From the NCBI RefSeq assembly GCF_000014265.1, contig NC_008312.1, positions 6,060,001 to 6,092,000 on the forward strand: DNA of 32,000 bases. Direction: 5' to 3'. A program made the translations under genes and the position numbers. Origin of the DNA: Trichodesmium erythraeum IMS101. Its GTDB lineage: Bacteria > Cyanobacteriota > Cyanobacteriia > Cyanobacteriales > Microcoleaceae. This document shows, one piece after another, positions 26,755 through 32,000 of the stretch. Every line of letters begins with the position of its first letter. Position 1 is the stretch's first letter. A model generated the notes under the pieces. It saw only the letters and a program-made list of their open reading frames with translations. It was not told where the DNA came from and made no database searches.

Positions 26755-27347
26755 AAAGCTTACTAATATATTCCAGAAAAAAAAAATTAAGTCATTAATA
26801 AAATACTATAACAATATTACTTAAAATATGAAGCGGTGTAGGTATCTGAAAAAGTATATTTATAAACCTTAGTTACAAATATTTTAAAAATCATTTCATA
26901 TAGTTTCCAACCTGAAGAAAATGAAACAGTTTTAGACGTGAAGGGGGGAGTTTAGTTTAGTGAAATAGTAACACCCAAAAACACCTTATTTAATCTTATT
27001 ATCCCAGTCAACATTCTATCATCATATCCAATTATTTTAGATGTCTTTTCTGTCTAGCAAGCAACAGACGGAAAAAATGGAACCAAACCAAAAGCTATAT
27101 GAAATTGTACTGTTACCATTTCTGTTCCTGTAGATAAAGTAGAAGAAAAAGCCCGAGTTCTTCTTACAGATATCAATATAATAGAGCATTTCATGTAAAC
27201 CCCGAATAATATGCTTTATTTCTAGGGAAACTAAAACACATTTTTTTGATTCTCCTCTAACCTGTCTGCCTCCTGCCCTCTACCTTCTACGTTACCTTCA
27301 TAAATATTAGTTAGTGTCTAAACCCGACATCCTATATAATGCCTCTT

Positions 27348-30300
27348 CTAAAGTAAGTTGAGGCTGAGACGGTAGTCCGTGCGACTGGCACCTTGGGGAT
27401 ATACCCGAACATAGTAAGTACCTGGGTCTAATGTAGTCACAATACTTTCTCGTTCGATACCGCTATTTTTAGACTGGTTGATCACTTCTTCCTCGCTACC
27501 ATATAAACCAATATTAGCATCTTGTAATAAATTGTCAAGGAATAGTACAAAAGCACTTTCTTTATCTGTTTGGAAGGTATAAAAGTCGTTGGTATTGCGA
27601 TATATTCCCCTGCTAAAACCGACTTCGTCAGTTCTCACCACTTCCCCTGTGAATTGCCCTAAGTTGATGGCAGTCTGGAAACTTTCCCCTGGCTGTTCCC
27701 CACCTCGATCATTATCTTTAATAGTACCAATGGCGCCCTTGTCTCCCAACCTAGCATTTTTAGGTTTCCTGAGATTAACTGTAAAGTTTTCGCTGCTTTC
27801 CTCCGAGAGATCCCCAAGAATAGGAACTGTTACTGTTTTTTTCTTCTGGTTCGGTTGAAAAATAAGTTTGCCTTGAGTTTTTTGGTAGTCCGAACCTTCT
27901 TTCGCAGTTCCGTCAGCAGTAGCATAACTTACCTCAACTCTTTTTTGAGTTTTAGCATTGAGGGTGACATCAAATGTTAGTTGTTTTTTGCCATCATCAC
28001 CCTCAGTTATTTCCCGATCTTTGATGAATAGTTTAGGCAAGTCGTTATTGCGGATGGTGCCAATGCCTCGTCTGTCCTTAAGTTGGGCATTTCGGGGTTT
28101 GCTGAGGTTGAGTTGGAAAGTTTCGTCATTTTCTATTTTATTATCCCCAAAAATAGGAACAGTAATGGTTTTACGGGTTTGACCAGGTCTGAAGGTGAGG
28201 GTACCTTTGGTGGGTTTGTAGTCTTGGTTTGCTTTCGCAGTTTGATTGCGAGTACCATAGTCTACCTGAACTGTTTCTATTGGTTTGGCATCCAGAGTGA
28301 CAGTGAATTTGGCGTTTTTGCGTCCTCGGTTGCCTTCGACTATTTTGGTGTCGCTAATGGATATTTGGGGCGGGTTTTTTTTGTCGTCGTTGGTAATAGT
28401 CCCAAGACCGACTTTATCCTTGAGTCTGGCATTTTTGGGTTTGCTGAGGTTGAGGTTGAAAGTTTCGTTAGGTTCTACTTTGTTATCTCCCAGGATGGGA
28501 ACGGTAATATTTTTTTGAGTTTCCCCAGGCTTGAAAGTGAGGGTGCCCTTAGTGGGTTTGTAGTCTTCGTTCCCTTTGGCGGTTTTATTCGCGGTGGCGT
28601 AGTTGACTTTTACTGTTTGGTCGCTTTCATTGTCGAGGGTAACAGTAAATTTGGCATTTTTGCGTCCCTTGTCGCCTTCAGTTATTTTGGTGTCAGAGAT
28701 AGCAATGTTGGGAAATATTGCCATTTTGGTGGTATTTAGTAAAATGGATATGGTATCAGAAGCGCCATTAGTTGTCGCAATATCTAGCTTACCATCAGCA
28801 TTAAAATCTTCTACTACAACATCTTCAGGTGCATCCCCCACCTGAAAATTAATTGCACTACCAAAGCTTCCTTTTCCTTGTCCTGGTAATATTGAGATAT
28901 TATTTGACTCCCTATTAACTGTAACAATATCCAACTTGCGATCGCCATTCAAATCTCCAATAGCGATATCCTCAGGACTATTTCCCACAGGGAAACTATT
29001 TGGAAACCCAAAACGTCCGTCTCCGAGACCGAACAGGACAGAAACCTTGTCTGAGTCTTCCATGTTTATCACAATGTCCTGCTTCTTGTCTCCGTTCACG
29101 TCTTTCGCGACAATACCGCTCGGCGTATCTCCTCCCGCGATAAAGCTAGTGAGGAAGTCAAAGCCACCATCTCTATTTCCCAACAGCACCGAAACGTTAT
29201 TAGAATTACCATTTGCTGTCACAATATCCAGCTTACCATCACCGTTAAAATCTTTGACGACTAAATTTGCAGGAAGATCTGCTCCTACCTGATAGCTAAT
29301 GCTTTCAGCAAAACTACCATTGCCGCTTCCTAACAATACTGAAACATTATCGGAACCACTATTCCCGGTTACAATATCTAGCTTACGGTCTTGGTTGACA
29401 TCAGCTACCGCTAGTTGAGATGGGCCATCACCTACAGGAAATTCGCTAGGACTACTAAACCGACCTTTCCCATCTCCTAACAAAACTGCTACAGTATCGT
29501 CATCTTGGTTTGTTGTTGCGATATCTGGGTTGCGGTCTCTGTTAAAATCTCCCACTGCCGCATAAACAGGCTTACCTCCCACTTCATGTGTAGTTGCAGT
29601 TAATGCCCCTCCCTTGCCATCACCAAACAACACTGATACTGTTGTAGACCCAACGTTTGCCGCCACAATATCCTTAAAACCATCCTTATCAAAATCTGCT
29701 ACCGCCATCCCAAAAGGTTGATCACCCGTTGGGAAGTTGCTGATCTTGAAGCTCAACTCTGAACTTGCCTCCACCTCAACCAACCCATTTAAAATTTTTA
29801 CCATATCATCCTCGCCGCGCAAACCCTCAACTTCCTCCACACTCAACACATCACCGCGAACCAACGCCGCAAACCACTCTCCCTCATCTCCAGGAGTATC
29901 TATTGTATTCAACTTTGAGTCAATGTAATGTCCTAACTCCTCTGCCAGTACATCCGTCAGATGTGGAAACTGCCTCGTTTCACTTCCAATAACAGAATTC
30001 TCGTTAATCAAACTATCCGTCAAATACACCATACCAGTCAGAGAGTCAAAACCCCCCGCCGCACCGTTCATCAGCTCTACTGGCACAATATTTATCTGTG
30101 GCAAGTTCTCACCCTTTGCCAAAGTATCAACAATAGTTTTTCCCAGATCAACTTTCCCCGACTCCCCAAAGACATTTAACATATCCGCCTCAAAAGTCTC
30201 AGAAGCAGCAAAGTTCGTTAAATTTTCCTGAAATTGAGCTAACCCCTCTTCAATTATCTCCACCGCTGGCAATACTTCCACAGATACTTGCCCCAGAAAA

Positions 30301-30377
30301 GTTATAGGAGGAATATTGTTGATGTGTTTGAGCTCCAAGTCGGACATTATATCAAGGAATTCACTATCGTCTGTCAT
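27348..30377 (-). CDS. Large FG-GAP/VCBS propeller + 3 Calx-beta + C-terminal PPC (pre-peptidase C-terminal) domain protein
   Basis: 1009-aa ORF. Seven Ca-binding-type FG-GAP motifs are present: DFDKDGFKDIV, DFNRDRNPDIA, DVNQDRKLDIV, DFNGDGKLDIV, DVNGDKKQDIV, DLNGDRKLDIV and DFNADGKLDIA. Three Calx-beta units follow (ISDTKITEGDKGRKNAKFTVTLD...YKPTKGTLTFKPGETQKNITVPILGDNKVEPNETF and two more). The C-terminus (DFYTFQ...GTYYVRVYP) is PPC-like. No signal peptide is evident. Confidence 0.82.
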   Translation of the reverse strand: MTDDSEFLDIMSDLELKHINNIPPITFLGQVSVEVLPAVEIIEEGLAQFQENLTNFAASETFEADMLNVFGESGKVDLGKTIVDTLAKGENLPQINIVPVELMNGAAGGFDSLTGMVYLTDSLINENSVIGSETRQFPHLTDVLAEELGHYIDSKLNTIDTPGDEGEWFAALVRGDVLSVEEVEGLRGEDDMVKILNGLVEVEASSELSFKISNFPTGDQPFGMAVADFDKDGFKDIVAANVGSTTVSVLFGDGKGGALTATTHEVGGKPVYAAVGDFNRDRNPDIATTNQDDDTVAVLLGDGKGRFSSPSEFPVGDGPSQLAVADVNQDRKLDIVTGNSGSDNVSVLLGSGNGSFAESISYQVGADLPANLVVKDFNGDGKLDIVTANGNSNNVSVLLGNRDGGFDFLTSFIAGGDTPSGIVAKDVNGDKKQDIVINMEDSDKVSVLFGLGDGRFGFPNSFPVGNSPEDIAIGDLNGDRKLDIVTVNRESNNISILPGQGKGSFGSAINFQVGDAPEDVVVEDFNADGKLDIATTNGASDTISILLNTTKMAIFPNIAISDTKITEGDKGRKNAKFTVTLDNESDQTVKVNYATANKTAKGNEDYKPTKGTLTFKPGETQKNITVPILGDNKVEPNETFNLNLSKPKNARLKDKVGLGTITNDDKKNPPQISISDTKIVEGNRGRKNAKFTVTLDAKPIETVQVDYGTRNQTAKANQDYKPTKGTLTFRPGQTRKTITVPIFGDNKIENDETFQLNLSKPRNAQLKDRRGIGTIRNNDLPKLFIKDREITEGDDGKKQLTFDVTLNAKTQKRVEVSYATADGTAKEGSDYQKTQGKLIFQPNQKKKTVTVPILGDLSEESSENFTVNLRKPKNARLGDKGAIGTIKDNDRGGEQPGESFQTAINLGQFTGEVVRTDEVGFSRGIYRNTNDFYTFQTDKESAFVLFLDNLLQDANIGLYGSEEEVINQSKNSGIERESIVTTLDPGTYYVRVYPQGASRTDYRLSLNLL

Positions 30378-30462
30378 GGTTTTTTTCTAAGAAATTTATA
30401 CTTATGAAATTATAGCGCTTTGATGATCTTACGTCAACGGTTTCACTGTAAAATTCAATGTC

Positions 30463-30835
30463 AAACTGTCAAATATTATAGGTGCATGGGAAGAGCCTCA
30501 AGAGTAACCCAAACAAAATAAAATCTGTGTTCAGTTTCACCTGTTTCTACCCAACCTACAGTTATTACTGATAACTCAAATTCCGGTTAAACTGTCAAAT
30601 ATTATAGGTACAGAGGAAGAACCTCAAGAGTAACCCAACCAAAATAAATTCTGTGTTAGGTTTCACCTGTTTCTACCCAACCTACAGTTATTACTGATAA
30701 CTCAAATTCCGGTTAAACTGTCAAATATTATAGGTACAGAGGAAGAACCTCAAGAGTAACCCAACCAAAATAAAGTCTGTGTTCGGTTTCACTTAGTTCT
30801 ACCCAACCTACACTTATTACTGATAACTCAAATTT
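30463..30835. repeat. Non-coding tandem repeat, 3 x 126 bp, filling most of the divergent intergenic region and ending at the GT39 start codon
   Basis: Copies start at 30463, 30589 and 30715 and are >90% identical by eye. Each contains a 17-bp palindrome AGTTAT-N5-ATAACT (30560-30576 and 30686-30702; the third, at 30812-30828, has one mismatch). Stop codons occur in all frames. Confidence 0.9.
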
Positions 30836-32000
30836 ATGACTGCCCAAGAAAAAAAACAACCCAATATTAATCATATTCTCACCCTAGCTATCCTGTGGTC
30901 ATTAGGGGCCGTGAGCGATCGCCTCTGGTTTACCTTCGATAAATCAGTTCCAGCTTGGGATCAGGCCGACTATCTCACAAGTTCCCTAACCTACTGGCGT
31001 GCTTTGCAAAACCTACAATTATTCTCTGGAGAATGGTGGAAAAACCTTTGGCAGCTTTCCCCAAAAGTACCCCCCTTAACTTATATTCTTGCAGTTCCCT
31101 TTCAAAATATTTTTGGTAGAGGAGCTGACCAAGCCACCTTAGTACATCTATTATTTAGTGCTATTTTACTAACCTCAGTTTACAGTTTAGGCAGCAAACT
31201 ATTTAATCAAAAAGTAGGTTTTTGGGCAGCAGTATTATGTATATTATTTCCAGGGTTATATAGATATCGTTTACAATTTTTACTCGACTATCCCCTAACA
31301 GCAATAGTAACCTTAAGCTTCACTTGTTTAACACTTTGGTATTTTTCAAAACCGAATCATAAACAGGAAATAGACAACAGCGAAAAGACAACAAAAAAAA
31401 CCGAAAAAAAAGCAATTAACTTAGACTTAGAAAAAACCAACCTTACCAAAACCAACATCACAAAAATATCTCCTCAAATAGATCAACTATCTCAATCCAA
31501 AAATCTCAAAAATTGGCTATTAGCAACTGCTTTTGGCTTAACTTTTGGCCTAGCAATTTTAGTTAAGCAAACCACAATATTTTTTCTGTTTTTTCCCTTA
31601 CTTTGGGTAACTATAAATATTCTCAAAAAAAAGCAATGGAACCAACTAATTCAACTCACTTACTCTCTATGCTTATCCATCACAATTTTTTACCCTTGGG
31701 CAAGAACAAATTGGCTATTAATGTTAACCTCCGGTAAACGAGCAACAATAGACTCTGCCATAGCCGAAGGAGACCCCAACCTATTAAGTTTAGATGCTTG
31801 GATTTATTATGGAAAACTACTCCCCAACCATATTTCCTTACCTCTATTAATCATTCCAATTAGTGGATTAATTTTTTACTTAATCCGGCTCAATAAAAAA
31901 CAAAAAAACCTTTCCACTCAGCTCCATTCTTTTCAATGGCTATCCATATTTTTAATCGGCGGATATCTAATTTGCTCCCTCAACATCAACAAAGACTTTC
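30836..32000 (+). CDS. Glycosyltransferase family 39 (ArnT/PMT-like, lipid-carrier-dependent) membrane protein; partial, runs off the right edge
   Basis: Not in the ORF track (no stop in the window). I read 388 codons without a stop from the ATG at 30836, beginning MTAQEKKQPNINHILTLAILWSLGAVSDRLWFTFDKSVPAWDQADYLTSSLTYWRAL. There are multiple hydrophobic segments, and the DxD-like WDQADY motif is typical of cyanobacterial GT39 proteins as I recall them. Confidence 0.75.
   Translation, partial: MTAQEKKQPNINHILTLAILWSLGAVSDRLWFTFDKSVPAWDQADYLTSSLTYWRALQNLQLFSGEWWKNLWQLSPKVPPLTYILAVPFQNIFGRGADQATLVHLLFSAILLTSVYSLGSKLFNQKVGFWAAVLCILFPGLYRYRLQFLLDYPLTAIVTLSFTCLTLWYFSKPNHKQEIDNSEKTTKKTEKKAINLDLEKTNLTKTNITKISPQIDQLSQSKNLKNWLLATAFGLTFGLAILVKQTTIFFLFFPLLWVTINILKKKQWNQLIQLTYSLCLSITIFYPWARTNWLLMLTSGKRATIDSAIAEGDPNLLSLDAWIYYGKLLPNHISLPLLIIPISGLIFYLIRLNKKQKNLSTQLHSFQWLSIFLIGGYLICSLNINKDF

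Noticed and set aside
29928-29945. AEELGH as a zinc-metalloprotease HExxH active site
   Set aside because: The first His is missing (the sequence is A-E-E-L-G-H, not H-E-x-x-H). No protease call is made and it is only noted as a motif.
27589-29992. Many long plus-strand ORFs (up to 218 aa, 28083..28739) inside the FG-GAP/Calx-beta gene
   Set aside because: They are antisense artefacts of a repetitive gene. Only the minus frame yields FG-GAP, Calx-beta and PPC motifs.

Overview
This is a 32-kb AT-rich segment that looks like cyanobacterial chromosome. It carries ten HIP1 octamers (GCGATCGC) plus SLH-domain, WD40, FG-GAP/Calx-beta and GT39 genes. A filamentous marine cyanobacterium such as Trichodesmium is my guess only. 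The main feature is a two-gene module present twice in inverted orientation. Each copy is a stand-alone P-loop ATPase (438 or 479 aa) followed directly by a >1500-aa STAND/NLR-like protein. That large protein has a Walker-A-less N-terminal module, a TPR-like region, an active P-loop NTPase, an array of near-identical 41-codon WD40 units and a TPR-like tail. Copy 1 runs 5948..1 on the minus strand. Its large gene leaves the left edge of the window and is missing from the ORF track; I translated it by hand. Copy 2 is 19121..25413 on the plus strand. No known effector domain is recognisable in either copy, so I flag this as the candidate undescribed system (NLR-like conflict or signalling module). 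The WD units are homogenised at DNA level and vary at only a few codons. The two copies also differ by a transmembrane-helix indel. Between and around the copies lie a photolyase-related (DPRP) gene lacking the Fe-S cysteines, with a decayed IS4-like element abutting its start codon; an SDR; a NYN/LOTUS protein; and an unlisted 53-aa rubredoxin just upstream of an HI0933-type flavoprotein. Further along are an RTX pseudogene fragment, a CE4 deacetylase, an exported SLH-WD40 protein, a MITE-like remnant of the same IS, and a tandem retropepsin-like protease. The right end holds a 1009-aa FG-GAP/Calx-beta/PPC protein, a 3 x 126-bp intergenic tandem repeat and a partial GT39 glycosyltransferase. 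All domain calls come from motif recognition by eye; no searches were run.
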